Of a DNA stretch of 32,000 nucleotides, positions 20,320-30,915 are shown piece by piece. Below the pieces are notes generated by a model. The model did no database searches, had not been told where the DNA came from, and worked only from the letters and a program-made list of their open reading frames with translations. Location of the stretch: NCBI RefSeq assembly GCF_023585785.1, contig NZ_CP097765.1, positions 180,001 through 212,000 of the forward strand, written 5' to 3'. How positions within the stretch are numbered: the first letter of the stretch is position 1; every line of letters begins with the position of its first letter. Position numbers and translations under genes: made by a program. The stretch comes from Blochmannia endosymbiont of Camponotus modoc (lineage in GTDB: Bacteria; Pseudomonadota; Gammaproteobacteria; Enterobacterales; Enterobacteriaceae).

Positions 20320-21852
20320 ATGATTTTTGTTGTTACTACATATTATAAATATAAACAATATTTTGGGTTTTTTATAGTGTTGTTATTTGGAGCATTCGGT
20401 ATTTTAGGGTTTTCTCCATATAATTTTTGGCCAGCTAGTATTATCTCCTTAACTGTTTTTTTAAAAACAATTTTAGATTCTACATGGAAAAAAGCCGCAT
20501 GGAATACATTTTTTTGGGGTATTGGATTTTTTGGTAGCGGGTTACAATGGATCTATATAAGTATAGACCAATTCAGTAATATGTGTAACTGTATCAATAT
20601 TTTATTAATTGTTTTTTTGGTGTTGTATCTGATACTATTTCCTATATTATTTTCTGTTTTATTGTCGCTGATACAATCATATACAACTATATGGTGCGCA
20701 GTAAGCGTTGCTCCAGTGATATGGTCAATTGTTGAATATATCAGGGGGCATATGCTCACCGGATTTCCATGGCTACAATTTGGATATAGTCAAATTGATG
20801 GTCCCCTCAAAGGTATTGCCCCTATTTTTGGTGTAGAAGGCATTACATTTACTCTTATTTTAATCAGTGGATTATTGGCTGTTTCTATCAAAAGAGCACA
20901 ATTATCGTCAGTGACCATATCTTTCGGAATATTATTATTGTTATCACTCTTAACACAAATACAATGGTATCATTTGCAGCCACAACGCGCTGTTCACGTT
21001 TCTTTGGTGCAAGGTAATATTGATCAACATATAAAATGGAATTCTAATTATGTAGAAAAAATACTGCAGACATATATAAACCATACCTTACCTTTACTTG
21101 GCAAAACAAAAATAGTTATTTGGCCTGAGTCAGCTATTCCGGGAAATGAAATTGAACATAATACAATTTTAACATTATTAGATCATAAATGTAGACAATC
21201 TCAAACAAATTTAATTACCGGGATTATTGGAATACGTTGCACTCAAAACTATTATCATTACTATAATAGTGTTATAGTACTAGGAGAATCTGAATCCTAT
21301 AAATATCCGAATCGTAATCGATATGATAAACATCATTTAGTGTTATGGTCTGAAAAGTTTCCATTTCAAAGATTTTTTAAACCGCTACTGAATCTTTTTA
21401 ATGTACCTGTGCCTTTTATGCAAGAAGGTTGTTATTTTCAACCACAATTGAGTGTATCGTGCGTAAAAATGACTACTGCTATTTGTTATGAAATAATTCT
21501 TGGCAAACAAATACGTGATAATTTTAAATCTGATACTGATTTTTTATTAACTGTTGCAAATAACGCGTGGTTCGGTCATTCTATTGGACCATGGCAGTGT
21601 TTCCAAATGGCTCGTATGCGTGCCTTAGAATTAGGAAGACCTTTATTATGTAGTACAAATAATGGAATTACTGCGATTGTTAATGCAGATGGTTCTCTGC
21701 AAGCACAACTTCCTCAGTTTATTTCTGCAGTGCTTAGTGACAAGGTCATTCCAACCACAGGTTGGACACCATATGCAAAATTTGGATCCGGTTTTTTTTT
21801 AGGCATTATTATATATATATTTCTAATTTTTAAATGCAAAAATTATGTATAA
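20320..21852 (+). CDS. lnt: Apolipoprotein N-acyltransferase
   Basis: 510 aa; PxxG-FPWLQFGYSQ, WPESAIPG (catalytic Glu), YDKHHLV (catalytic Lys), AICYEIILG (catalytic Cys), multiple TM segments. Confidence 0.94.
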   Translation: MIFVVTTYYKYKQYFGFFIVLLFGAFGILGFSPYNFWPASIISLTVFLKTILDSTWKKAAWNTFFWGIGFFGSGLQWIYISIDQFSNMCNCINILLIVFLVLYLILFPILFSVLLSLIQSYTTIWCAVSVAPVIWSIVEYIRGHMLTGFPWLQFGYSQIDGPLKGIAPIFGVEGITFTLILISGLLAVSIKRAQLSSVTISFGILLLLSLLTQIQWYHLQPQRAVHVSLVQGNIDQHIKWNSNYVEKILQTYINHTLPLLGKTKIVIWPESAIPGNEIEHNTILTLLDHKCRQSQTNLITGIIGIRCTQNYYHYYNSVIVLGESESYKYPNRNRYDKHHLVLWSEKFPFQRFFKPLLNLFNVPVPFMQEGCYFQPQLSVSCVKMTTAICYEIILGKQIRDNFKSDTDFLLTVANNAWFGHSIGPWQCFQMARMRALELGRPLLCSTNNGITAIVNADGSLQAQLPQFISAVLSDKVIPTTGWTPYAKFGSGFFLGIIIYIFLIFKCKNYV

Positions 21853-22114
21853 TTTTAAAAAATTTTTATCAAATCTTCAAAATGAAGAAGTATATAATTA
21901 CACAGAAATCTCAAAGAGTATATGCTATACTTTTTATTAAGTATTAAAATAAACGTTTCTTATAAAATAAGGAACAAAATTGATCAAATGTTATTAATTA
22001 CGTATATATTGTTATATACTCGCTTTTTTTTGGATAAAAATAATGTTTATTTAGAAAATATTAATATTTGTAATTAACTACAATTATTAATTAATTAACA
22101 TTTTTTAATTTATT

Positions 22115-24742
22115 GTGATATTTATTATGCGTAAATCATATTCTCCAAGAGATATTGAAAGTGTTGTTCAAAAATATTGGCATAAAAATAAGACTTTTGC
22201 AGTAACAGAAGACAGTAATAAAGAAAAATATTATTGTTTATCTATGATTCCTTATCCATCTGGAAACTTACATATGGGGCATGTGCGTAATTATACAATT
22301 GGAGATGTAATCTCTCGATATCAACGCATGCTTGGAAAAAATGTATTACAACCTATAGGATGGGATGCTTTTGGATTGCCTGCAGAACATGCTGCAATTA
22401 AAAATAATACAAACCCATCAATCTGGACATACTCTAATATTAGTTATATGAAAAGTCAATTGCAATCATTAGGGTTTGCTTATGATTGGGATAGAGAGCT
22501 TATAACTTGTCACCCAGAATATTATCGATGGGAACAGTGGTTTTTTACTATATTATATAAAAAAGGTTTAGTATATAAAAAAACTGCATCAGTAAACTGG
22601 TGCTCATATCATAAAACGGTTTTGGCTAATGAGCAAGTTATTAATAATTGCTGTTGGCGTTGTCATACCCCTGTAAAATATAAAAGAATTCCGCAATGGT
22701 TTATAAGAATTACTAATTATGCGGATCAATTGTTACATGGATTAGATCAATTAGAACATTGGCCTGAAAAAGTAAAAGTTATGCAACGAAATTGGATTGG
22801 GCGTTCAGAAGGAGTAAATGTTACTTTTAAAATTGAAAATTCTAATGATACATTGACAATATATATGACTCGATTAGATATTTTCATGGGAATTACTTAT
22901 TTAATCATATCTACAGATCATCCAATAGCATTGCAGGTGGCAAAAATTGATTTAAATGTAGCTCATTTTATTCAAAAAAATGACGATTCTTATACTAAAT
23001 TAAACAAAAAAAATAGTTTTTATTTTGAAAAAAAAGGAATTCCTACTCATATCTATGCGATACATCCGATTACTAATAGTAAATTACCAATTTGGGTAGC
23101 CAATTTTGTAATACCTATGGAGTATGATGGAATAGGAGCAGCTATATCAATTCCAGCTCATAATCAACAAGATTGGGAATTTGCTCATAAATATGATCTG
23201 CCAATAAAACCTGTTATAAAGAATCTGGATGCAATTAAACCAAATATTGCGATGCAAGCAATGACTTGTGATGGTGGGATATTATTTAATTCTGGTGAAT
23301 TCGATGGATTAAGTTCTTGTACTGCGTCTAACGCGATTGTCAAATCGTTAATTGCGCGTGGTGTAGCCCAACATAAAGTGAATTATCGCTTAAAAGATTG
23401 GGGTATTTCGCGTCAACGTTATTGGGGGGTTCCTATCCCCATGGTAACATTATCTAATGGCATTGTTAAGCCAGTACTATTGGATCGATTGCCAGTAATT
23501 CTTCCAAAAAATATGTCAACTATACAACGAAGTAACGATGGATATGTCAATCATTCTTTAAAAATGTATCCTAACTGGATTCAAACCACTTATAAAGGGC
23601 AAACAGCCATTCGTGATACTGATACTTTTGATACTTTTATGGAGTCATCTTGGTATTATGCTCGTTATACTTGTCCTCATTATAATGAAGCTATGTTAAA
23701 TGTGCATGCTGCTAATTATTGGTTGCCAGTTGATCAATATATAGGTGGAATTGAACATGCTATTATGCATTTATTGTATTTTCGATTTTATCATAAACTA
23801 ATGCGTGATGAAGGATTAGTGTATTCTGATGAACCTGCAATACGTTTATTATGTCAAGGTATGGTATTAGCAGACTCTTTTTATTATACGTCTCCTAATG
23901 GCCAACATATATGGGTAGATCCAACTAATGTTACAATAAAACGTGATAGAATAGGAGGCATTATCAAAGCCATTGATAAAAATGGACGTGATTTAATTTA
24001 TGCTGGAATGTGTAAAATGTCAAAATCAAAAAATAATGGTATTGATCCAAATATAATTATTGAAAAATATGGCGCAGATGCAGTGCGGTTTTTTATAATG
24101 TTTGCTGCTCCCATTGAAGCACCATTGGAATGGAAAGAATCTGGAATAGAAGGTGCACAGCGTTTTCTGAAACGTATTTGGAACTTAATATATCGTCATA
24201 TCCAAGATGGACCTGTAGATGTATTACGTATTGTAATACTGAATCATGCTCAAAAATTTATTCGATACAATGTACATAAAACTATAGAAAAAGTTACTGA
24301 CGATATTGATCGTAGGCAATCATTTAATACTGCTTTATCGGCTATTATGAAATTAGTAAAAAAATTATACAACGCCCCTAAAACAAGCATGCAAGATAGA
24401 GCAGTATTACAAGAAGCTTTATTGGTAATAGTGAGGATGCTATATCCATTTACTCCACATATTAGTTTTATTTTATGGAAAGCCTTAGGAGGATCTGAAG
24501 ATATCGATAATGCAACATGGCCTATTGTAGATACACAAGCGATACAAAATGACAGAACGCTCGTTCTAGCACAAGTGAATGGAAAGATGCGACATAAAAT
24601 TTTTGTGCCGTTAAATAGTGATAAGAATGTAGTTTATAAACTGTTAGAAACAGAGGGAGTTTTAAATAAATATCTTATTGGAAAAAAAATAAATAATATA
24701 ATTTATGTTCCAAATAAAGTGATCAATATCATTGTAAAGTAG
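22115..24742 (+). CDS. leuS: Leucyl-tRNA synthetase
   Basis: 875 aa; [29 protein letters not shown] zinc motif, KMSKSKNNG motif. The CP1 editing domain is present but divergent at key positions. Confidence 0.97.
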   Translation: MIFIMRKSYSPRDIESVVQKYWHKNKTFAVTEDSNKEKYYCLSMIPYPSGNLHMGHVRNYTIGDVISRYQRMLGKNVLQPIGWDAFGLPAEHAAIKNNTNPSIWTYSNISYMKSQLQSLGFAYDWDRELITCHPEYYRWEQWFFTILYKKGLVYKKTASVNWCSYHKTVLANEQVINNCCWRCHTPVKYKRIPQWFIRITNYADQLLHGLDQLEHWPEKVKVMQRNWIGRSEGVNVTFKIENSNDTLTIYMTRLDIFMGITYLIISTDHPIALQVAKIDLNVAHFIQKNDDSYTKLNKKNSFYFEKKGIPTHIYAIHPITNSKLPIWVANFVIPMEYDGIGAAISIPAHNQQDWEFAHKYDLPIKPVIKNLDAIKPNIAMQAMTCDGGILFNSGEFDGLSSCTASNAIVKSLIARGVAQHKVNYRLKDWGISRQRYWGVPIPMVTLSNGIVKPVLLDRLPVILPKNMSTIQRSNDGYVNHSLKMYPNWIQTTYKGQTAIRDTDTFDTFMESSWYYARYTCPHYNEAMLNVHAANYWLPVDQYIGGIEHAIMHLLYFRFYHKLMRDEGLVYSDEPAIRLLCQGMVLADSFYYTSPNGQHIWVDPTNVTIKRDRIGGIIKAIDKNGRDLIYAGMCKMSKSKNNGIDPNIIIEKYGADAVRFFIMFAAPIEAPLEWKESGIEGAQRFLKRIWNLIYRHIQDGPVDVLRIVILNHAQKFIRYNVHKTIEKVTDDIDRRQSFNTALSAIMKLVKKLYNAPKTSMQDRAVLQEALLVIVRMLYPFTPHISFILWKALGGSEDIDNATWPIVDTQAIQNDRTLVLAQVNGKMRHKIFVPLNSDKNVVYKLLETEGVLNKYLIGKKINNIIYVPNKVINIIVK

Positions 24743-24785
24743 TAATATACTGGAGATTGCTCATATAAAAAAAATTATTTTTTTA

Positions 24786-25310
24786 ATGATTGTAAGTGTT
24801 TTGATTGTGATTATCTTTACAGGTTGTGGTTATCGATTATATACAGATATAACCATACAAAAATTACGAACAAATAATATAAGATCTATAATATTATGCA
24901 GTTATGACCCATTTGGTCCGATCACTCGAGCTATAATGACTGAGTTGTACGCAAGTCATATTGATATTTTTGATGATTTAAATGATTTACATGATCATGT
25001 ATGTACACGAGAGGCACAGATTCCTCGTTTAAATATCATCAATGCTTCAGAAAAACATATAACCACTTCTGTATTTCAAAACGGAAAAGAGGCTGGATAT
25101 CGATTGACATTGAGTATACAAACTCATTTATTCATTCCAAACAGAAATGATTGCCCCATCAGTGTTTACGTGTATCGTTCACTGATAAGAAATCCTGAAA
25201 AAGCTTTATTTAATGACACACAAGAAAATAATATTCGTAAAGAAATATATCGAGATGCAGCTCAACAGCTGATATATCAATTATTTCTGCGATGTGAAAA
25301 CTTTAGTTAG
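24786..25310 (+). CDS. lptE: LPS-assembly lipoprotein LptE (RlpB)
   Basis: 174 aa; N-terminal hydrophobic segment with lipobox FTGCGYRL; located between leuS and holA as in E. coli. Confidence 0.88.
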   Translation: MIVSVLIVIIFTGCGYRLYTDITIQKLRTNNIRSIILCSYDPFGPITRAIMTELYASHIDIFDDLNDLHDHVCTREAQIPRLNIINASEKHITTSVFQNGKEAGYRLTLSIQTHLFIPNRNDCPISVYVYRSLIRNPEKALFNDTQENNIRKEIYRDAAQQLIYQLFLRCENFS

Positions 25311-25374
25311 GATATGTTGTAAAATTATTTTTTATATTTAATATAAATTTTTTATTTCACCATTAAAATATATT

Positions 25375-26403
25375 ATGATTTGGATATACCCAGAACAATT
25401 GTTTATAGAATTGAAAAAAGAGTTGAAATCTGTTTATGTATTATTAGGGAATGATTCTTATTTTTTAGGAGATAGTTATCTGAATATTGTTAATACAGCC
25501 AGAATGCTAAATTTCAATGAATCTGTTAATATAGCATTGGATACGTATTCTGATTGGGAGAATATATTTAATTTTTTCAGGGTATCAAGTTTATTTGAAA
25601 AACGCAGAATATTATCCCTGAAATTTCCTCAAAATTATCCTGTTGCTATTTTAAAAGAAAACGTACCTTTATTATTCTCATTTCTTCATGATGATTTAGT
25701 ATTAATTTTATATATTCATGAATCAAATCAAATTAATAAAAATAATATTTGGTTACAATGTTTTAACAAAATAGGAATGTTCGTTGATTGCAGCACTCCT
25801 ACGCATACACGCTTGATAATGTGGATAGAAAATCAAGCTAAAAATATGAAACTTGTTATAGAAAATTTATCTTGTCAATTATTATGTTATTATTACGAAG
25901 GTAATTTAACATTATTAAATCAAACGTTGCAGAATTTGTCTTTAATCTATCCTGATGGAAATTTAAATTTTATTCGTGTAAAAAAAATAGTAACTGATTC
26001 AGCATTTTTTAACATGAATCATTGGATAGAATCGATTTTAACAGGCAACAAACAACGTGCTGATCGTATTCTAAAAAAATTGGAATATATAGGTGTCGAT
26101 TTAGAACTATTATTATGCAAAATTAGATCTGAAATACTGATGATAACTAATATGAAATACAATATGGTACAAGGAAAATCATTATTTAATTTGTTAAAAA
26201 AATATAAAATATATAGCAAGTATCATTGTATGTTATTATCTAGAGCCGTTAATCGATTAAGTTTATACCAATTACATCAAGCAATAGAATTGTTAGCGCA
26301 AATAGAATTAATATATAAAAAGGATTATATTGTTTTGTCACGATCAAGTTTTGAACTATTATCACTCATATTATGTTACGATAAAAAGGTTGCGCTTAAA
26401 TAA
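25375..26403 (+). CDS. holA: DNA polymerase III subunit delta
   Basis: 342 aa (E. coli 343); N-terminus IYPEQLFIELKKELKSVYVLLGNDSYFLGDS; located between lptE and rsfS. Confidence 0.9.
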   Translation: MIWIYPEQLFIELKKELKSVYVLLGNDSYFLGDSYLNIVNTARMLNFNESVNIALDTYSDWENIFNFFRVSSLFEKRRILSLKFPQNYPVAILKENVPLLFSFLHDDLVLILYIHESNQINKNNIWLQCFNKIGMFVDCSTPTHTRLIMWIENQAKNMKLVIENLSCQLLCYYYEGNLTLLNQTLQNLSLIYPDGNLNFIRVKKIVTDSAFFNMNHWIESILTGNKQRADRILKKLEYIGVDLELLLCKIRSEILMITNMKYNMVQGKSLFNLLKKYKIYSKYHCMLLSRAVNRLSLYQLHQAIELLAQIELIYKKDYIVLSRSSFELLSLILCYDKKVALK

Positions 26404-26490
26404 TGATTTTAGTCTAAATACGTTAGCCGTGTTTATAATAGAATTTTTATAAATCTTATTTATTAGATGATTTGCGATAATTATTTATTT

Positions 26491-26532
26491 AAAACACATG
26501 CTTATATAAAAATATAAGCATGTGTTTTTTTT
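26491..26532 (+). terminator. Rho-independent terminator candidate downstream of holA (potentially bidirectional)
   Basis: Perfect 17-bp stem AAAACACATGCTTATAT (26491-26507) / ATATAAGCATGTGTTTT (26512-26528), AAAA loop, T8 run (26525-26532). It lies 88 nt after the holA stop. Confidence 0.8.
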
Positions 26533-26986
26533 GTTATCCAAAATAATTCATAATAAAGATATTGATGATTTTGCTTGATTATATTGATGTGTTTAAAATA
26601 ATTTTTCAATTTTTTATTAAAAATAGTTATATGTGGATATAAATTGAGAAACTTATAATTATTATGCAATAAGATAATGATATCGTATACATTTAGTACG
26701 ATGATACATGTTCATAATTGAATATTTAACGGAATAATATTTTTATTTAGGCTACATAAAAACAACAAAACACAATAATAATTTGCCATTTACCGCATTT
26801 CTACAATAAATATAGATTTATAATGTTGTTTTTTATTAGAATTAACAATGTTAATAATTCTACATTTATCTTAAAAGTTAAAAATTGATAAGATAATTAT
26901 TGTATTATTTAATCAAATGCCATACATTATCTGTATATTAAAACAGTAGAAAAGTCACACGTAAATACATATTTAGGCATTAAATC

Positions 26987-27304
26987 GTGCAATCCGATGT
27001 TCTGAAAGAATTTATAGTTAATGTTATACATAACATACAGGGACGAGATGTTGCATGTTTTGATATGTCTGGTAAAACTAATATTACAGATATTATGATT
27101 ATTTGTACTGGTATGTCTCGTCGTCATGTAATTTCTATATCTCAAGATATATTGCGTAAATCTCGTGGTTTAGGGTTACAGCCTTATGGTGCAGAAGGTA
27201 TGCGCATTGGTGAATGGGTTTTAGTAGATCTAGGTGATTTAGTTATACATGTAATGCAAAAAGAAATTCGTAAATTATATGAATTAGAAAAGCTTTGGAA
27301 CTAA
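26987..27304 (+). CDS. rsfS: Ribosomal silencing factor RsfS (YbeB)
   Basis: 105 aa, same length as E. coli; ITDIMIICTGMSRRHV, VLVDLGDLVIHVMQKEIRKLYELEKLW. GTG start at 26987. Confidence 0.94.
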   Translation: MQSDVLKEFIVNVIHNIQGRDVACFDMSGKTNITDIMIICTGMSRRHVISISQDILRKSRGLGLQPYGAEGMRIGEWVLVDLGDLVIHVMQKEIRKLYELEKLWN

Positions 27305-27431
27305 ACATAAATTATAAATATCTGTTTAGGATGTAGTATTTACGTGTGTATAGCAATCAATGCATCTATTAAATAAGTATATAATTATTTATATCGATGA
27401 TTAATATTAGATATAAATAGATTTTGATTAA

Positions 27432-29282
27432 ATGAAGTCCAATGGTCGTCAAATTTTTCATAATTATTCAGCTGAGTCGTTGTTGTTTGCGCGTCGTATA
27501 ACAATTGCATCTGTTTTTGTGTTATTGATTATTAGCATTTTATTTATTCATCTATATCAAATACAGATAATTCATTTTGATATGTATACTACTCGTTCTA
27601 ATGAAAATCGTATTAAGATTATTCCTATTCCTCCTAAAAGGGGAATTATTTATGATCGTAATGGAATAGCTTTAGCATTAAATCGTACTATTTACCAATT
27701 AGAAATAGTTCCAGAACATGCAACTGATTTAAGCCATACGATTCATGAGTTGAAATTATTACTAAATTTAAGTGATCATGATATAGAATGTTTTGAAAAA
27801 ACTCGGAAACGTTCTACCCAATTCGTTTCGTTGCCTATCAAAATTGATTTAACGGAAGAACAACAAGCTCGATTTGCTGTTAATAGGTTTAGGTTTTCCG
27901 GGGTAACAATCAAAAGTTATCAACGTCGTTACTATCCTTATGGATCCGATGTAACTCATGTTATCGGATACGTCGCTAAAATTAACGGGGAAGATATAAA
28001 AAGATTGAATAAGCAGGGTATTTTGGGTAAGTATGTTGCAGCTCCTAATATAGGAAAATTAGGTATTGAACGCTATTATGAAAATATTCTACATGGGACG
28101 CCAGGATATGGAGCTGTAGAAATAAATAATCGCGGAAAAGTGATTAGAGAATTATATAAAAAATCTCCGATACCAGGAAAAAATATTATTTTAACATTAG
28201 ATCTGAATTTACAACAGTACATTATAAAGTTATTAGTAGGAAATAGGTCTTCTGTAATAGTTGTTGACCCTCGCAACGGAGGAATTCAAGCTTTAATTTC
28301 GCATCCTAGTTATAATCCAAACTTGTTTGTTAACGGTATCTCCAATACAGAATATAGCATTTTATTAAAGGATAACAATTGTCCTTTACTTAATCGTGCC
28401 ACCCAAGGGATGTACCCTCCTGCATCTACAGTAAAACCTTATATTTCTGTATCTGCTTTAACATTAGGGGTGATTAATCAGAATTTTTTGTTTTCTGATC
28501 CTGGTTGGTGGCAATTACCTGGTTCAGAAAAACGTTTTCGTGATTGGAAGCGTTGGGGGCATGGCGAACTAAATATTACGAAAGCTCTTGAAGAATCTTC
28601 TGATACTTTTTTTTATCAAATAGCCTACAAAATGGGAATAGATAATTTATCAGAATGGATGAATAAATTTGGATATGGTAGATATACTGGCATCGATCTA
28701 TTCGAAGAATTAACTGGTGTGATGCCGACCAAGGCATGGAAAATACAACGTTTTAAGCAACCATGGTATCAAGGAGATACGATACCGGTAGGAATTGGGC
28801 AAGGGTATTGGACTGCTACTCCTATACAAATGTCTAAAGCTTTAATTACTTTAATTAATGACGGTAACGTGCGCATTCCACATTTACTTGATAGTGTTTT
28901 ATTAGAAAAAAATTGTGTTCCATACCATCAAACGGAATGTAATCAAGTAGGTGACCCAAAATCAAATGTATGGAAAATCGCTAAAGATGGAATGTTCGGA
29001 GCAGCTAATCGTCCAAATGGCACAGTAAGTAGGAGTTTTTTTGGCGCTTCATATAAAGCAGCAGCGAAATCTGGTACAGCACAATTATTTAATTTAAAAA
29101 GTAACCAAAATTATGATCCAAGCAAGATTTCTGAATCTCTTAGGGATCATAAATTGATGACTGCTTTCGCTCCATACGAAAATCCCACGGTAGCTGTGGT
29201 AGTAATTTTAGAAAACGCTAGGATTGGAGTATCAATAGGATCAATTACAAGAAAAATATTTGATTATATTTTATTGCAATAA
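27432..29282 (+). CDS. mrdA: Penicillin-binding protein 2 (peptidoglycan transpeptidase)
   Basis: 616 aa; PPKRGIIYDRNG, active-site YPPASTVKP, SSDTFFYQIAYKMG, AAKSGTAQ motifs. Confidence 0.96.
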   Translation: MKSNGRQIFHNYSAESLLFARRITIASVFVLLIISILFIHLYQIQIIHFDMYTTRSNENRIKIIPIPPKRGIIYDRNGIALALNRTIYQLEIVPEHATDLSHTIHELKLLLNLSDHDIECFEKTRKRSTQFVSLPIKIDLTEEQQARFAVNRFRFSGVTIKSYQRRYYPYGSDVTHVIGYVAKINGEDIKRLNKQGILGKYVAAPNIGKLGIERYYENILHGTPGYGAVEINNRGKVIRELYKKSPIPGKNIILTLDLNLQQYIIKLLVGNRSSVIVVDPRNGGIQALISHPSYNPNLFVNGISNTEYSILLKDNNCPLLNRATQGMYPPASTVKPYISVSALTLGVINQNFLFSDPGWWQLPGSEKRFRDWKRWGHGELNITKALEESSDTFFYQIAYKMGIDNLSEWMNKFGYGRYTGIDLFEELTGVMPTKAWKIQRFKQPWYQGDTIPVGIGQGYWTATPIQMSKALITLINDGNVRIPHLLDSVLLEKNCVPYHQTECNQVGDPKSNVWKIAKDGMFGAANRPNGTVSRSFFGASYKAAAKSGTAQLFNLKSNQNYDPSKISESLRDHKLMTAFAPYENPTVAVVVILENARIGVSIGSITRKIFDYILLQ

Positions 29283-29345
29283 ATAAACATTGAATTGAGT
29301 TTTTTTTATTTATTTTGTTAATCTAACTAATTATCGTAATGCATC

Positions 29346-30458
29346 ATGAGTCAAATTATTTGGAAAAATTCATTATGGAATAAATACCATATTGATTTAA
29401 CATTATTTCTGTTGATTATTTGTTTATTATTATACGGAACGTTCATAATGTGGAGCGCGTGTGGTCAAAATTTTGAAATGATGCGACTAAAAGTGTTTCA
29501 AATTATAGGAGGGTTATTGTTGATGTTTTTTTTAGCACAAGTTCCACCCAGAGCTTATGAATTTTGGACGCCGTATATATATTTTTTATGTCTTATATTA
29601 TTAATATCAGTCAATATAAATGGTCAAATTAGCAAAGGAGCTCAACGTTGGTTAGATTTTGGTATCATAAGATTTCAACCATCAGAAATAGTTAAGATTT
29701 CTGTTTTGCTCATGGTAGCGCGTTATATTGATAAAGAGCAGCATCCTCCATCCTTAAAAAATGTTGGTATCGTACTATTATTAATTATGATTCCTACCAT
29801 ATTTATGTTGTTACAACCAGATTTAGGCACAGCAATTTTAACAGTTAGTTCTGGATTTTTTGCACTATTTTTATCTGGAATTAGTTGGAAATTAATTGTG
29901 TTTACATTATTACTCATGGGTTTATTTGCTCCTATATTTTGGTTTTTTTGTATGCACGATTATCAGCGCTCTAGAATAGAGATATTATTACATCCAGAAA
30001 TCGATCCGCAAGGCGCTGGGTATCATATTATTCAGTCAAAAATTGCTATCGGTTCAGGGGGTTTCACTGGGAAAGGATGGCTACATGGGACACAATCACA
30101 GTTAGAATTTTTACCAGAACGTCATACTGATTTTATTTTTTCAGTGATAGGAGAAGAACTAGGATTTTTTGGGGTATTAATATTATTGTTACTATATTTA
30201 GGGATTATACTGCGTGGACTCCTTATTGCTGTTAACACGCAGCATATGTTTGGGCGATTAATTATTGGAAGTTTTATGTTAGTATTGTTTATGTATATAT
30301 TCGTAAATATTGGTATGGTTAGCGGGCTACTACCAATAGTGGGTATTCCGTTGCCATTAATAAGTTATGGTGGTTCATCTCTATTAGTATTAATGGCAGG
30401 GTTTGGCATTGTTATGTCAATAAATGGACACAGAAAAATGATTTCTAAAATCTTATGA
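29346..30458 (+). CDS. mrdB: Rod-shape-determining protein RodA (SEDS glycosyltransferase)
   Basis: 370 aa; QPSEIVKISVLLMVARY, QPDLGTAIL, ERHTDFIFSVIGEELGFFG, PLPLISYGGSS motifs; adjacent to mrdA. Confidence 0.96.
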   Translation: MSQIIWKNSLWNKYHIDLTLFLLIICLLLYGTFIMWSACGQNFEMMRLKVFQIIGGLLLMFFLAQVPPRAYEFWTPYIYFLCLILLISVNINGQISKGAQRWLDFGIIRFQPSEIVKISVLLMVARYIDKEQHPPSLKNVGIVLLLIMIPTIFMLLQPDLGTAILTVSSGFFALFLSGISWKLIVFTLLLMGLFAPIFWFFCMHDYQRSRIEILLHPEIDPQGAGYHIIQSKIAIGSGGFTGKGWLHGTQSQLEFLPERHTDFIFSVIGEELGFFGVLILLLLYLGIILRGLLIAVNTQHMFGRLIIGSFMLVLFMYIFVNIGMVSGLLPIVGIPLPLISYGGSSLLVLMAGFGIVMSINGHRKMISKIL

Positions 30459-30915
30459 ATTAGCAAACGCTATATAATAAGTTATCAACTTTATTATATA
30501 CATATTATTAATTTTGCTAAAATTTTAAGAATCTAAAAAAAATGACACAAGTATATATGTACTTGGTTATTTTTTCAAAAAAATTAAAATAATAATAATT
30601 AATATAAATGCAATAATTTAATATCAATAATATTAAGAAATAATATGATGTTATGGGTTCATGTGCACATAATCTAATCAATATGTAATTATATTAAATG
30701 GGTAAATAAAGATGCGTTATTAACAGATTTGAACTTATATAAATAATAAATGTATTAAATGATTGTATGTATGAGTATTGTCATCGTTTATTATTGATTA
30801 TAGTTAATTTGGTGCATATATGAGTTTTATTTGTTGTACATTAAAATGACATGCTCTGTTTTAAAAATTCTTCTAATTATTTATTTAAAAATCAATAATT
30901 TTTTTAAAAATTATT

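Noticed and set aside
20553-20759. 68-aa minus-strand ORF
   Set aside because: Antisense inside lnt.
26019-26219. 66-aa minus-strand ORF
   Set aside because: Antisense inside holA.
26927-27145. 72-aa minus-strand ORF
   Set aside because: Antisense to rsfS; no motif.
28076-28276. 66-aa minus-strand ORF
   Set aside because: Antisense inside mrdA.
29723-29917. 64-aa minus-strand ORF
   Set aside because: Antisense inside mrdB.
30894-30915. AATAATTTTTTTAAAAATTATT palindrome at the permease stop codon
   Set aside because: Consists only of A/T in an AT-rich spacer; weak stem, easily produced by composition, not a convincing terminator.
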